From NCBI RefSeq assembly GCF_001194135.2, contig NC_068985.1, forward strand, positions 49,627,221 to 49,691,208: a DNA stretch of 63,988 nucleotides, given 5' to 3'. The position numbers were made by a program, and so were the translations under genes. Shown here piece after piece: positions 63,847-63,988 of this stretch (positions are counted from its first letter, which is position 1; each line of letters begins with the position of its first letter). The notes under the pieces were generated by a model. That model ran no database searches, was not told the origin of the DNA, and worked only from the letters and a program-made list of their open reading frames with translations. This DNA is from Octopus bimaculoides. Lineage: Eukaryota.

Positions 63847-63988
63847 TCATCATCATCATCATCGTTTAACGTCCGCTTTCCATGCTAGCATGGGTTGGAC
63901 GATTTGACTGAGGACTGGTGCAACCGGATGGCTACACCAGGCTCCAATCTAATTTGGCAGAGTTTCTACAGCTGGATGCCCTTCCTAA
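63847..63988 (-). mobile_element. RTE 3'-terminal copy, cut by window end
   Basis: (cat)n cgtttaacgtccgctttccatgctagcatgggttggacg.. Confidence 0.85.

Overview
AT-rich, microsatellite-dense eukaryotic DNA with N gaps beside microsatellites. The repeat families resemble those of octopod cephalopods (Octopus; recognised from memory, not verified by search). There are no rRNA genes, true tRNA genes or CRISPR arrays, and nearly all ORFs in the supplied track are microsatellite translations or transposon fossils. The window is best read as intronic sequence of one large minus-strand gene that I cannot name. I find one well supported 180-nt coding exon (35404-35583) and further candidate exons open only in phase 1-1 (52958-53008, 2186-2272), plus a weaker one at 49400-49456. 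The introns are filled with tRNA-derived SINEs, RTE-clade LINE fragments (including a 2-kb 5'-truncated copy with a PHD-like finger inside the RT domain), Tc1/mariner fossils (a DD41D rosa-type derivative with ~220-bp TIRs and a maT-like element) and hAT-, piggyBac- and mariner-type MITEs. The most striking structure is a ~590-bp fold-back at 33957-34548. Its two 230-bp arms each carry a minimal type I hammerhead ribozyme motif of the Penelope-like-element kind, and a perfect 43-bp direct repeat brackets the right arm.
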